DNA from: Rhizodiscina lignyota | Taxonomy: Eukaryota | Direction: 5' to 3' | Length of the DNA stretch: 62,048 nt | Assembly (NCBI GenBank): GCA_010015805.1 | Contig: ML978134.1 | Span: 744,001-806,048, forward strand | Shown: positions 34,568-46,400 of the stretch, in pieces | Layout of the letters: each line of letters begins with the position of its first letter | Numbering within the stretch: the stretch's first letter is position 1 | Translations under genes and position numbers: made by a program | Notes under the pieces: generated by a model | Database searches by the model: none | What the model was told of the DNA's origin: nothing | What the model saw: only the letters and a program-made list of their open reading frames with translations

Positions 34568-36058
34568 CTATAATCGTGGCTCAGTTGCATCTGAGGGAGT
34601 AGGAATATCTTCGAGGCCGGCCTTCGCCCACTCAGGCCAAACTTCCTCCCTTCGTGGCTTCGATGCCCGATCACGGTCCTTGATATGCTCCTCAAGCGGT
34701 AAGTCACCAAATTGGCTTCGATTGCCCATATCTACGCCTCGCTTCTGAATCGTTCTAGCATAGCACATGGTTTGAAGCTTCCACTCCTTGCGCGAAATCT
34801 TGCCTTCCAACATGTCGGCTAATATCATGGCGTCGAACGCCGCTTGTCTGTTTACGATGTTAGAGCAGATCCGTTCTTTGACGCGCTGAACAGTCCCACT
34901 CACGATGTACTTGCCACAGTATGTGGTCGAAAGCCAGCTAGGGCGTCTCCAATAAGGACCACTTTACCACCCATGAATTCGTTCTCCGGACTGATTACGT
35001 CCGTTATGGCCTGCACAAATGGCTTCTTCGTAGCGCATACAAGATCTGCAAATGGTCGAGGCAGATTCTCCCGCGCAATGTTCTTTCGCTTTTCCCAAAC
35101 GGCAGGGTTGATTTTCCCAGGAGGAAGAGTTATGCGGTGCGGCATGCCATCTACATCTGTCAAGATCTCCTTTAACGGACCATCGGGTTTGTCTAGTGAC
35201 TCTGCGGGGAAATTGGTGTAATAGACGAAATTGAGGAGTCTCTTGCCCTTCTCGACTGCTCCATTCGGTCCAGGGATTGTGTATGCCAGAATCTGAATGC
35301 CAGGGCCATGAAAGAAAGTAAATCGCTCTTGAAACGCCTGCAAATGTCGTTAGCTTGGAAAATGTGCCCGGCTTGTCTCTTTTAGTACCTCTCTCGCTGC
35401 ATCCGTAGCCTCATCCTCAGGAACTGTGCCTCTGAGAGCGCAATATCCGGCATAAGTTCTTTCGACATTACGAACCAGAAGAGAACGAACTGTGGAATTT
35501 GGACCGTCGGCGCCCACAACCACATCTCCTTTAATGCTACCTCTCTCGCCGTTGCTCTTTTCGAATGTGACATTGACTTGATCGCCCTCATCTTCTAAAC
35601 CGATAACCTTGTGACCATGCAAGTGAACAGCTTTGCCATCATCAGGATGCACCGGCGGGACATCACAATAGTCGCTTTTTACGCCGTCAAAGTTAGCTCG
35701 CAACATGTAGTACGACAAGTCCCAGCTGGTCATATTTTGGACCTTGAACTCGTTAGCTTTTTATCTCGATATTGCAAGTTCAAACACAAACCATATCTAC
35801 TCTATGCACTACATTCGCATCTCTATCGAGATATAGTCGCTTCTGCGAGCTGACCGCAAAAGATCGACTGCATCTATCATATCGCTTGAAGAACTCCAAC
35901 GTATCGCCACCGGCAACGATACCTGCGCCTTGGTTGTGTAGCAAATTGTCTGGGTTCCTCTCCAGAATCGTCACATCGTGACCAAGTTGCTTGAGAGCGA
36001 GTCCAGTACAGAGACCGCCCAGCGAGCCGCCGACAATAACGATATTGAGCTTAGGCAT
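34568..36058 (-). CDS. FAD-dependent monooxygenase (group A aromatic hydroxylase-like)
   Basis: IVIVGGSLGGL (GxGxxG-like), VVGADGPNS (DG motif) and VVLIGDALAGFRPHT (GD motif) lie across four ORF segments, implying about three introns (near 35790-35740, 35385-35340, 34905-34865). Confidence 0.88.
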
Positions 36059-37208
36059 CTTAACGCCCTTAAGACAGTGCCTCTGTCATCGTAACAGTGG
36101 TGCAACTCACGGCGAGTGAGCGATGATATTCAACATTCGGCCAAGCGGGGTTTTACCCGATACAAGGGTCAAATGTCACTGTGGATCAATGTGGGTATGG
36201 CAAGCTCAAGTGCGGATAAGAGCAGCGAATGAATGCGAGGGGCAGCTTTCGAGTGAGAACTCAAATAGTGAGTGAGACATCAGATGTCACACATCGCGAA
36301 ACCTGCGGCTAAGACGCTTCTGCGCGATAGACGGGAGAAAAAGATGTAGCATCCAGTCATGATGAGCAACGGTTAGAGGAGAGAAGGAGATTCGCTACAA
36401 CCGGCGAATCTTCGGAGTCATCGCGTGTTTCCTTCAAGCGACCTCTGATGGGAATGTGACAAGCTCCAGGCACCATCCATATAGCTCAACGGCTATGAAA
36501 ATTTATGTATAGACTCGTCGTAGATATGAAATATCAGATCTGAGGTTAAGATCAAATTCAAGCTATTCCCTGGTTCAATTCGGCCAGCCGTAGAACGAGA
36601 GCCTTTCTTAGATGCGGACAATTGCTTATAGAATTGTAACATTTTGAGTGTTACAGCGAATGTGAATGCGAATACAGAGTGGCTCACAGCGTCTCTCGTT
36701 GTCAATGAGCCCCAAGAACATATTCTAGGAAAAGTCTCGCTGTGTTATCAAGAACATGCGATAAACCTCTGCACGATGCTCAACGATAATAATAACTTAT
36801 CATGTTAGAACACTTCTCCTTGCTGTGAAGCGCTCATAATGGTGAAAATAATCCTCCTTAAGCGAAACTGTTGCTGATTGGCTAGAGGATGGTACTCGAT
36901 TGTTTTGCTCAAAACTGCTAGCTTGGAGAATTTTTTCTCAACTAACTAAACTATTAGTTGGTATAAATTTAGTAGATTGATCAAAGCAGAACGATCAAGA
37001 TACTCCATAGCTCTACCAATTCATTGGAGGAGAGGGAGGCACTGGGAAGTCACCCCTTTTGAAGTTGTAACGTACCCGGAGGCCGGGGGTGCCAGCCCAG
37101 CCACCCACTTTCAACAGAAGCCAAGCAAATAAGTGTGGACTTTTCCCATTGCTTAGTTATTCAACGAGAAACCCAACGTCTTTATTATTCTACCTTGCTG
37201 TGATTCTC

Positions 37209-39692
37209 CTAACCTAATTTGATTTTGCGTAACTCCGCACCCGTTAAGTAATGGGACAAATCTTTACCTACATTATCATCATTACGCCAAAAAGCCTTCC
37301 CGTCCTCATCAATGGCATCCATTGAAAGCTTGATTGAACCAATGCGTTCGTAGAAATCTTCGACTTTTTCCAGGATTATCAAGAACGGACTACTTGGAAT
37401 GTACTTGGGATCTTCATGATTCACTGGAGGAAGTTGGACCGAGAGCCGTGTAGGATCACCAAGTATGAGGACTTCGTGTTCTCCTGCCTGTATTCCACCA
37501 TCGGCTTCAATAGTCAGATCCATAATCTTGTCGACATAGGCTGTGGCTGCATATCTTCCGGCTGTCGTATTGAATGTTGCGACCCACCGCATCTGGTCCT
37601 CGAACGGGTCCTTGTCCACGAAAGCGACGAGAACGCAACGCGTTACCCAGGTCGTAATAAGAAGAAAATATGGAGCAAATTCACTGTCTGGGGTGCTCGC
37701 CAGTTTGTTGTATTCATCAAAGCCAATACTGTCGCCCTCTTTCTCAAACTCGAATCGTAATTGGGGTGGACAATTGATTCCAGTGTAATAGGCTTCGATA
37801 TATCCAGAAACCCTTCCATCCCATCCAGTCCAGGACCATGTCGGGAAGGAGAGTCTTCGTTTAACATCAGTCTGACCCTCAAGCGTCCAGGAGAGACCAG
37901 CTGCAAAACCTTGCTCAAAAGACCAACCAAGAGTATTATTCCAGAGGATCGGAACCCCACAGATGTGTGAAATATTGAATCGAGGATGGCGAAGCTGTCG
38001 AAGCACACCAAGAAATGCATTTAGGGCGTCCGAACCATATGTTAGGGACCTCGACGTAAACTCACCCAATCGCCTCTCTAAAAGCCATGGGTCGTTTTGG
38101 ACTTGCTTAAGATACTGTGCTGGGAAAACGCGAGAAGTTTCCCCTATCCCGAATGGTGATGAAGGCTCCGAAGTCGCTCTTTCTATCTCGAGTAGATGCG
38201 TTTGATGAGCCAACAGGGCTTCGGGCTCCTGAATGCTCTCCTGTAATGTTGTATGGCGGCACTCAAAATACACCTGGTATTCCGTGAAGTAAAAACAACG
38301 ATGCGACAGAAGGCCTTCTTGATATGTCCATCCTCTAGTGTACCACGTTGAGTATTGAACGGAGGCAACAGGGTGTGGGAGTGACGATGTGAGTTGATAA
38401 TCTCTGAGGTTAAGTCTTGGCTGCAGCGGTCTTATTTTGCTGACCCCTGTCAGGCCGGACCCAGAACCAGTTCCGTCTGCTGCGATAATTGTAAGCTCGG
38501 CGCCCTCATAGATCATATCCATCATGTTAATCTGAGCTTGTCTGATTGTCGCATCGTCATCTGGAATGCAGTAGCGGTCCACCCAGAGAAACTGTAGACC
38601 TAGTTCAAGAGTAACTTTGATAGCATCTTCGATTGTCTGTTCCAGAGCAAAAAAAGGAGGTCCTTTGCTAGGGGCCGGTTCGCCCCAGACATAGCTCAGG
38701 GCTGTATAGCGTATTTGATCAACCACACGGATAACTTGTCTCGAGTTGCAGTCAAGCACTTGGAATCTTGGGACACTGATAAGTTGAAGCCCTCGACACG
38801 ATTCACCATGATTTTCGATGCAGAAATGAAGCCAATGCCGTAGGATAGAATAATCCTTCAGTTGCGGCGGGACTATTCTCGAAGAGATTGTCGATTGCGA
38901 AGAACGGGTCTGGTGGTCGATGAAAATACTTCCAATCATGCCAATTGACTCTCTATGGTATTGATGGTAGAAGTCGTCAAGATCAATCGGACAGCACACA
39001 GGCGGAACCCGTCGGGAGGACCCATCACCGTGTGAGCGTGACAGAATAAGAGCCGATCGGTGAAATTCATTGTGCTGTTCGACCATTGGATTCGGACTCC
39101 TCGTTTTCTGAGGCTTTGACCTGGAATTCCTGGGTTGTTGGATCGCTGTTGAGTCCGCTGCGGTATGATCCTCTGAATCGCCGTCGTAGACATGAGAGTA
39201 CTTCACAAAGTTCGTAGTTGAAATTAAGCCAATGAAGACCCAGTCATCATCTGGCATATCACTACGGTCCCAGAGGCAGGCGAATAGTCCGCATAATTTG
39301 CACCCTGGAGCGGGCCACTTTCCCCCACGAGGACCTAGTATTCGGACTGGATGGATCTCGCCATGTCTGATCCGTTTGCTGCACAAGACACTAAAGTCCA
39401 TTTTGGCGCACTCATCGCAAAGGTCGTCAAGATCACCAACTGACGACGCCTCGGAGTGACTGTCCCTTTCCGGGTAGTAGTCGTAAGAAGGGTTATCATG
39501 ATCATTAGTTGGAGGTGCCTCGGAGTAGTCGTCCATTTCTGAATCATCGTCGTAAGGACGGCTGTCATCATCATCTGACGATGCCTCAGAGCAGCCGTCT
39601 ATTTCTGCATCATCGTCGTAGGAAGGGTTGTCATGATGCGCCTCGGCAGAGTTCACAGCCGTCCCTTGCTCGCTCGAATGTCCTTCTGCCAT
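37209..39692 (-). CDS. HET-domain protein with an acidic repeat N-terminus
   Basis: 827-aa ORF with YTALSYVWG, TIEDAIKVTLELGLQFLWVDRYCI, MDMIYEGAELTIIAA, WYTRGWTYQEGLLS and FPTWSWTGW. Confidence 0.92.
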   Translation of the reverse strand: MAEGHSSEQGTAVNSAEAHHDNPSYDDDAEIDGCSEASSDDDDSRPYDDDSEMDDYSEAPPTNDHDNPSYDYYPERDSHSEASSVGDLDDLCDECAKMDFSVLCSKRIRHGEIHPVRILGPRGGKWPAPGCKLCGLFACLWDRSDMPDDDWVFIGLISTTNFVKYSHVYDGDSEDHTAADSTAIQQPRNSRSKPQKTRSPNPMVEQHNEFHRSALILSRSHGDGSSRRVPPVCCPIDLDDFYHQYHRESIGMIGSIFIDHQTRSSQSTISSRIVPPQLKDYSILRHWLHFCIENHGESCRGLQLISVPRFQVLDCNSRQVIRVVDQIRYTALSYVWGEPAPSKGPPFFALEQTIEDAIKVTLELGLQFLWVDRYCIPDDDATIRQAQINMMDMIYEGAELTIIAADGTGSGSGLTGVSKIRPLQPRLNLRDYQLTSSLPHPVASVQYSTWYTRGWTYQEGLLSHRCFYFTEYQVYFECRHTTLQESIQEPEALLAHQTHLLEIERATSEPSSPFGIGETSRVFPAQYLKQVQNDPWLLERRLGEFTSRSLTYGSDALNAFLGVLRQLRHPRFNISHICGVPILWNNTLGWSFEQGFAAGLSWTLEGQTDVKRRLSFPTWSWTGWDGRVSGYIEAYYTGINCPPQLRFEFEKEGDSIGFDEYNKLASTPDSEFAPYFLLITTWVTRCVLVAFVDKDPFEDQMRWVATFNTTAGRYAATAYVDKIMDLTIEADGGIQAGEHEVLILGDPTRLSVQLPPVNHEDPKYIPSSPFLIILEKVEDFYERIGSIKLSMDAIDEDGKAFWRNDDNVGKDLSHYLTGAELRKIKLG

Positions 39693-40160
39693 GATGAAAA
39701 ATTAGGTGTTGCATCTAGCAATCTTGGATCTGTTTCCCATCTTTAGGCTACTTTCTCTTGGAGTTGAGAAATCGGTGGCCGGTTACGGAGGCACATGAAG
39801 AACTGTAGAAAAGAGATCGGAAGAAGTATTATAGCGAAAGTCACGCGGCTAGCAGCAATACAAGGCTGGGGATCAGCGTAAGGTTGAGCTGTAACCTGCA
39901 GAATCTAAGAGCGTCCTTCGAGCGAGACAATCTCATTTGCCACAAAGACTGGACAGAGTGCTCCTTACCCTGAAACGTGAGTGAATTCCATAATAATATG
40001 TGCATGTGTACAGTTCTAGCCTGCTATCTCAGCCTAATAATGGAAGAGTGATATTTATGTTGTTGTGATGTTCTAGTGGCCCTGGGGCGTCCAGAAACCA
40101 GCAGAATGAAGGGTGCTTGACGAAGGGACCCACTCACTTATGAATCACGTTAGTAGTACA

Positions 40161-40188
40161 TAATACGGAGTATACTTACTCCGTATTA
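40161..40188. other. Perfect 12-bp inverted repeat with a 4-nt spacer
   Basis: TAATACGGAGTA-tact-TACTCCGTATTA. Confidence 0.8.
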
Positions 40189-40854
40189 ACTGATGGCAGG
40201 GATAGGCGTGTGCTCACGGCGAGCCATATTACAGCCACGTCTCCCCTTTTTTTCACCCACTTGAAACCCAAGTAGCGACGGGGCCCTTCTACTTAGCGGT
40301 TGACGTGACCATCGTCGGTACTGCATCCTTTGGAGTACGTATCACAACGGCATACCGCCGAAAACGTTGTAACTTCTATTGATCATAGAGGCCATAAGCT
40401 GTTCAGTGTCTTGAAAGCTGCGGCCTGCCAGCCACCGAGGAAAAGGATCTTCTGGGCACCCTGTTTTCCGTTACGGGCGGACAAACGTTATTCGACCTTC
40501 TTTCTTCCTTTCTGCACGTGCGGACATCTAAACGCAACAAATATTACACAGAAATCTCTAAGGACCAAGCGCTCGCTGGATCTCATGCAGTGTCTGCAAC
40601 TACAGCTCAGCGGGCCGACCGCGCTGGCGAAATAACGTCGCTTCAGACTATAACTTCATTACAGTAGCTCGGGATGGCGAAGATGCAAGAGGCATACTCC
40701 ATAGGAGTGGGCAAATTTGGAGCCGAAGTGATGGTGCTCGGGGCTGAATGCTGGGTTGGAAGTGCTAACATATGTGGTGGTTGCTCAACAAAGCGAGTAG
40801 AGAATCTATCACATACATTATTAATAAACAGTTCGCAATTAATCTCGCTCCGAC

Positions 40855-42114
40855 CTAGTCCCGTAGCATTTCTTCATAATCTGGAAGATCCCACCCCTTT
40901 ACACCCTCCCGGAGGAACCATTTGCCAATGACATTCAACCTCAAGAAGGAGACCACTCCAAAGACATAGTTCCAGATGGCTACACCGTAGGCCGTCGATG
41001 GCATCATGCTCCCCGCATCCTCCGATACCCCTTTCTGAACTTGGTTCATAAATGGGCGGAACTTTCGCTCGTAAGCCTCGAGCGCGGCTGGCAGGCCGTC
41101 CTTGGTGCCATCTTTCGCAGCGTGACCACAGTGCTTCCCGATCTCACCGGCCAAGATATACGCCCCTACCATGGCCGAGGTGGTGCCCATTCCCGTCATC
41201 ACCGACGGGCAGTACGCTGCGTCTCCAACAAGTGTGACACGGCCGCGAGACCAAGAATCCAGCTTGACAAGGCCCAGGCGTTCGCAGTAGAAGTCTTTAG
41301 AGATCTTGAGAGCCTCCAGGAGCTCTTCGGTTTCCCACCCTGCGCCCTGGAATACTTCCGCCAGGCACTCCTTTTCTGCGTCGACATCTCCCCGCGGAGC
41401 ATTTGCGAGCCGCCCTGAATCCGCCTTGCAGCCGAGATATACCTGCACCTCGTCCGGACTGTGTCTTCGAGTCATCATGAATCGCCTTCCGGAAGCCAGG
41501 TGCCATGTAGCGATGTACTCCTCTCCAGCTTTTGCCGGCCGACGAAAGGTGAAATATCCCATGTAGTAGCCGAGGGATTTGAACCCGTCTGCTGTGTCGG
41601 ACCCGAGCATCATCTTGCGCGTGCGCGATCCCTGGCCATCGGCACCGACCACGAGGTCGAAGTGGTCCGTCTTGCCATCGGTAAACCGGACCTCAACCGA
41701 ATCGTTCTTCTCCTCGAAGCTCTCGACCGACGTACCGAACACATACTTGGTCCGATCTTTGGTTGCTTCGTATATTAGGCGACACAGATCCCCTCTCATG
41801 ATCTCGAAGTCGGTGGTGAAGGCTTGCAATCCTTTGCCAGACTTGTTCGCCGGGAAGTACGCTCGCCGTCTGCCCGAATTGTCGACTATCTGCATGCCCT
41901 GCTCTGGGGCCATCTTGGTGCGGAACGCTTGCTCAAGTCCCATGCGTCTCATGACCTCGATCCCATGGCCGCGTAGATCGAGCTGGAGACCAGTGGCCCG
42001 TAGGCTGGAGAACCACTCGACGACCGTAACATCGTGGCCGAGCTTTGAAAGCCAGAAGGCGAGGGCATTACCGGCGATTCCTCCGCCGCTGATGAGGACT
42101 TTCATTCGTGTCAT
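40855..42114 (-). CDS. Intronless FAD-dependent oxidoreductase/monooxygenase (UbiH-like family)
   Basis: 419-aa ORF with VLISGGGIAG, DLVVGADGQGS and GRVTLVGDAAYCPS...GMGTT. Confidence 0.92.
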   Translation of the reverse strand: MTRMKVLISGGGIAGNALAFWLSKLGHDVTVVEWFSSLRATGLQLDLRGHGIEVMRRMGLEQAFRTKMAPEQGMQIVDNSGRRRAYFPANKSGKGLQAFTTDFEIMRGDLCRLIYEATKDRTKYVFGTSVESFEEKNDSVEVRFTDGKTDHFDLVVGADGQGSRTRKMMLGSDTADGFKSLGYYMGYFTFRRPAKAGEEYIATWHLASGRRFMMTRRHSPDEVQVYLGCKADSGRLANAPRGDVDAEKECLAEVFQGAGWETEELLEALKISKDFYCERLGLVKLDSWSRGRVTLVGDAAYCPSVMTGMGTTSAMVGAYILAGEIGKHCGHAAKDGTKDGLPAALEAYERKFRPFMNQVQKGVSEDAGSMMPSTAYGVAIWNYVFGVVSFLRLNVIGKWFLREGVKGWDLPDYEEMLRD

Positions 42115-42606
42115 GACCTATTTGGTGTTGTGAGGACTAGTGTTGTGGAGATGCAACATAAGAGATCCTAAGATTCCGACGAGACGGGCTGTGCGACGTA
42201 TATGAACAAGATTTCTCGAGGATAAGGCTTAAATTGAGTAAAGCATTCAATTGACAGAATTTCACTATTGACGTACGTGAAATTGGTTAAATATGGTCCT
42301 CGGTATTTTGACCCTAGTGGAGACCGATTATCTCCGAGCAGTTTGAGGCCGTCGGCCGAGAGAATATGGCGGGATTCTGGGCGACAGAGGCCGGCCCAGG
42401 CTACCAAGAGCGGTAAAATCTATAGAGCGATGGAATGATGGCACATATTTGCGTGACTACTTGGCTGGCGCACTAGTATTTTTTTCAGTTGCGGTGCGAC
42501 CGATTTGCGATACATCGCCAAGTCCGTTCCTCTCTCCGGATTTCGAAGATATTCAGATCTCGGTCATTCCTGGAATCAGAAAAGAGGCTTATCGAAATCT
42601 CAAACA

Positions 42607-44882
42607 CTATGAGAAGTCTACCTCTGGTAAGAAAAATTCCAAGTCCGAGTCCCATCCGAACCCGTCTGGTCCGGAATCAAGGCCTGTTGATGGGAGGTCC
42701 GCATCGTTGGGAGACGGCAAGGAGGCTATGCTAGCCCTGGCCTTTAAAATGTCATGGCAGAATTGGAGACTGTCCTTCGCACTCTCTGCAATCTTCAACT
42801 CGCACGGAGAGCCTGCTTCTATCGCCTCAGCGTGAGCCAGAATCACGCTCAGGAACAGGTGGCTCTTGATGTTGGTCTCCCCCTGCCGGATCCGCTCCGC
42901 CGACAAGGAGATCAAATCCTTCAGCACTTGCTTAAGAAGTTCTCTGTATTGGGTGTTGCGGTGCAATGTCCCGTCGGCGCGCTGGGCCTCCGCCTGGGCG
43001 ATGAGCTCGATGCCAATAGCTATGAATGCGCAGATGAACCCTTCCCTGAATATGCCTCCTCCACCAATAGACATGAGGCGGGAGAAATGCTCGTCTGGCT
43101 CCGGGGAGGCAATTGCCAGAGCAGAGTCCAGGCTAACCTTGCGCGAGTAGTAGAACAATGGATTCGTCCGCGCTTTGCTGGCAAATGCACTGTGAAGAGG
43201 GACCATGAATCGACGTACAAGGTGGTCAAGCGTGTTCCTGTGAAACGGCGTCACACCGGAATCTTTGTTCGCTACCATAAATTTACTGTATGCCTGGCAT
43301 GCATCGGTGATCTCTGAGGTCAGGGCGAGCACATTCGGATAAGAGATTTCGGAGTGCAAGCCGTTCAGGAGCTGGACGATCCGGAGGCGTGTTGGTAATG
43401 AGTCGAGCAGGATAAGCTGCAGCGAGGTTGAGGTATAATTGGCCTTTGGATGAGGCTGGAGCACTGTGGTGGCCTCGTCTATCTCGTCGTCGTTGATGTT
43501 GGAAGGCGGCTCGATGTCAAACTCGTCGAAGGAGATTCTGGGCGGGAGCGCCGAATCCAACGATGACTGCACAGTCATCTCAATAATAGTAGCCCATAGC
43601 CTCCTACGCTGTTCCCCTTGCAATATAGACATTGGCGGGAGATGATTAGGATCGCGATGTAACCCTATCTGCATTGCTGTGTGGATGAGCGAGCCCATTG
43701 CCACCCACACCATGTCGCCCCCGATGGAGAAGATCTCTCGCACCAGTATCGTTAAGCAGTGGATCTGTATTCCAGTCAAGGTTAGGCGGTCTTTCTCCAG
43801 CGGCCCGGAAAGCCACGTTTGAGCTGCATACACCCATTGATGAACGGTATTGCCAAACTCAGAATTCGTCTCACCATGCTGAGAGAGACTTGACCCTATC
43901 GCAATTACGAGAAAGATCTTAAGGCGCAGGCTAGTCGAAGCAGTTTCCGGTTGATCCCAATATCGCTGGTACTCGGTCCAAAAGGTCGGTGCATGGAGTA
44001 TCCTGTGCGTAGACTCAAATGATCGGAAGTACAGGGTTGTCATCGTGTCCGCAACTTCTCGAGATGGCGGTGCAAGGTTGAATTCTGGATATGAGAGGTT
44101 TCTGCCCGGTCGTGCCATCTTGATAGTCCTTGCTATACCCTTGCACTTCTGAAGGAGGTCACGGACCTGGACAACCAGCGTTTCAGCCTCAGTGCCTTGA
44201 AATGAATCCCCTTTGCGGTTGCCGATGGCGTGAATACAAAAGGCTATGATGGTTGCAAACTTGCGAGGTAATTAGTGAGAGGTCACTGTGCGCACATTGG
44301 GGTAGACCATACTTCTGGAGCCGTGCCCATCCAATGGCTCCATCTCAGGATTCTGGTTTTGTACAGCATTATTTGGGAGTCCTGAAGCCCTGATTGACGA
44401 GCAAGTATGTCTCGGCCGTTCTCGAATAGCTCGTGAATAGGATTGGATGCCGACGTGTCCGCGAGCCTTTGTGCCCTCTGCGGGACATTCCTAAGATCTG
44501 GCTCTACGTCATGAACTAGATTTGGTCGCTGGATATCGTCACGGCCCAAGCTACTCGGAGTCGCATTTTGAACTCCTATCGGAGCCGGTGCCGCTACGGT
44601 TACGGATGGGTGACTACCATACTCTGCGATTGATCCATTTGTGCTGACTTGTTGAGTCCGAGGTAATGGTGAGGGTGCGTGGACCGATGGGCTTGTTATC
44701 GAGTCTCCCGAGTTGGCTTGTTGTGGCTGCTGCCGGACATGAGACCCGTTGCTGTAGATGCATTGAGTCCGGGTGGAGACACAATGTGCACAAGGGTCAT
44801 TGCGGTCGCACTTAATCTTGCGACGACGACACCCAATGCAGGACAGAGCTGGCCGTCGACGTCGAACGGGTTGTCGCTCCAT
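42607..44882 (-). CDS. Zn(II)2Cys6 transcription factor with a fungal-specific middle homology region
   Basis: RRRRPALSCIGCRRRKIKCDRNDPCAHCVSTRTQCIY. Intron 44312-44260 gives an in-frame join to the ORF containing AMQIGLHRDP...EQRRRLWATI. Confidence 0.92.
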
Positions 44883-45459
44883 GTTGATGATGTTGAAGGC
44901 TCTCGGCCGAACGATGCGGATATAACGGACGGTTGGAGGGCAGCAGGCAGCTAAGAAAATGCCGATATAAGCGAAAATGCCGAAGCCGCTCACGGCCATG
45001 CGACTCTGGTGTGCAAGCGGAATAAGTAAAAACTGAAAGCGCAGGGGAGTGTCTTTTTGCCGGTAAAGACTGTGATTCCCGAATCGGCAGCATTCGTATG
45101 GTAGGAGACGCTGAAGATTAACTGCGTTTTGCAAGCAGCGCTCTATGCGGAGTAGTGAAAGTTGGCTGGATTGTAAGGAGGCCTCCATAATGAATCCCTG
45201 AACATGATTGATAGAGTTGGGAGCCATTCGACGACATCTTCTAGGCCATCTAAGGGAGCCCATTCATTTTCGTCTGTCTCAGCCTTGTCGTTGTGTGACC
45301 TGTTTGCTGGCGCCTCCAGATTGGCTGCCTAGCATCGTCGCAAGTTGTCCACATCGTCTTTCCTTTCAAGTCAACAACAAATGTAGGACCGTCGACATTT
45401 ATCCTGTCAAGAGCCGAATATATCGAATGATATAATCCGAAGAGAAGCACTATCGAACA

Positions 45460-46400
45460 ATGGAGCGACCTTCTGTGGACCAGGAGCGATTGTGGAGCGT
45501 GTACATTCGATACCACAAGCCCCCACTCGGCTCGGCCGCCTCGATCTGTGGCTGTTCACACAGGAACAAGAGACTAAACAAGGCACGAGCCATCTTTCGA
45601 TTCCATCATGTGGATTTATGCATTGTGAGCGGGCCACTTGATAAGGAGACGACCTTCGGCGGAGTCTGGGAGCTGGAGTTTGTTCGAGGCATTCGCGATC
45701 GAGTCGCGTGCAAGAACAGTTCCTATTCAGGCCGCAAATACCAACCAATCGATTGGCAAGAAAGCGAGTTCTTCGCGCCAGGCACACTCTATCCAGCGCC
45801 TACAAACCAACTTGTGAATGCTTTTTATCTTGGTAAACTAAACAAGCCCTTAAGCTATGTGCAGTGCAGAGGTACTGCCACAACTCTCATAACGAGTTTA
45901 GAATGCTGTCTCACGTGTTAATAGCTATCGCGCTTATTGACAACTTCAACCAAAACGGCGGTTACAATTCGGCTCGCAGGAACTGCGAACAGTTCGCAAA
46001 AAGGCTACACGACGAGCTCTTGGACATGGTGTCACTCCGGTGTGCTTCGAAGCTTCTCCATATGCGGTTATCGATATTTACTAGGATCGTTCTTTTGAAT
46101 CTTATCTCCGATTTGATTCTTGGTCGAGTACAGATTTGGCCGCTGGTTGGCCTCTGGCCTATTTCCCCAATCTCGACCGAGCAAGCACTCTTGATTTCCT
46201 TCTTGAATTATTTCCTGATAGGAGGTCTCACCTTTTTTAATGATGAATGGATTTACCCCCTAAATCTCATTCCTGGCTTTGTTTACACGCTAGAGGTGGA
46301 TGTTATGGTGATGCAAATATGCAGCGTGGTTCTGCTAGTTGCAACCATGACGAAGCTGGTGTTGACAGTGAGCGCTGCATCTCATCATTTGGAGTCTTGA
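45460..46400 (+). CDS. Putative permuted NlpC/P60 (PPPDE/LRAT-like) protein with C-terminal transmembrane segments
   Basis: Intron 45872-45924 joins two ORFs in phase. Contains FHHVDLCIV...VWEL, YLGK and GGYNSARRNCEQFA, followed by hydrophobic segments. Confidence 0.6.

Noticed and set aside
32667..44882. Secondary-metabolite biosynthetic cluster
   Set aside because: Tailoring-type enzymes and a regulator are present, but no PKS, NRPS, terpene synthase or other backbone gene.
21883..46400. Starship giant transposon
   Set aside because: No DUF3435 tyrosine-recombinase captain gene or element boundaries could be identified in the window.
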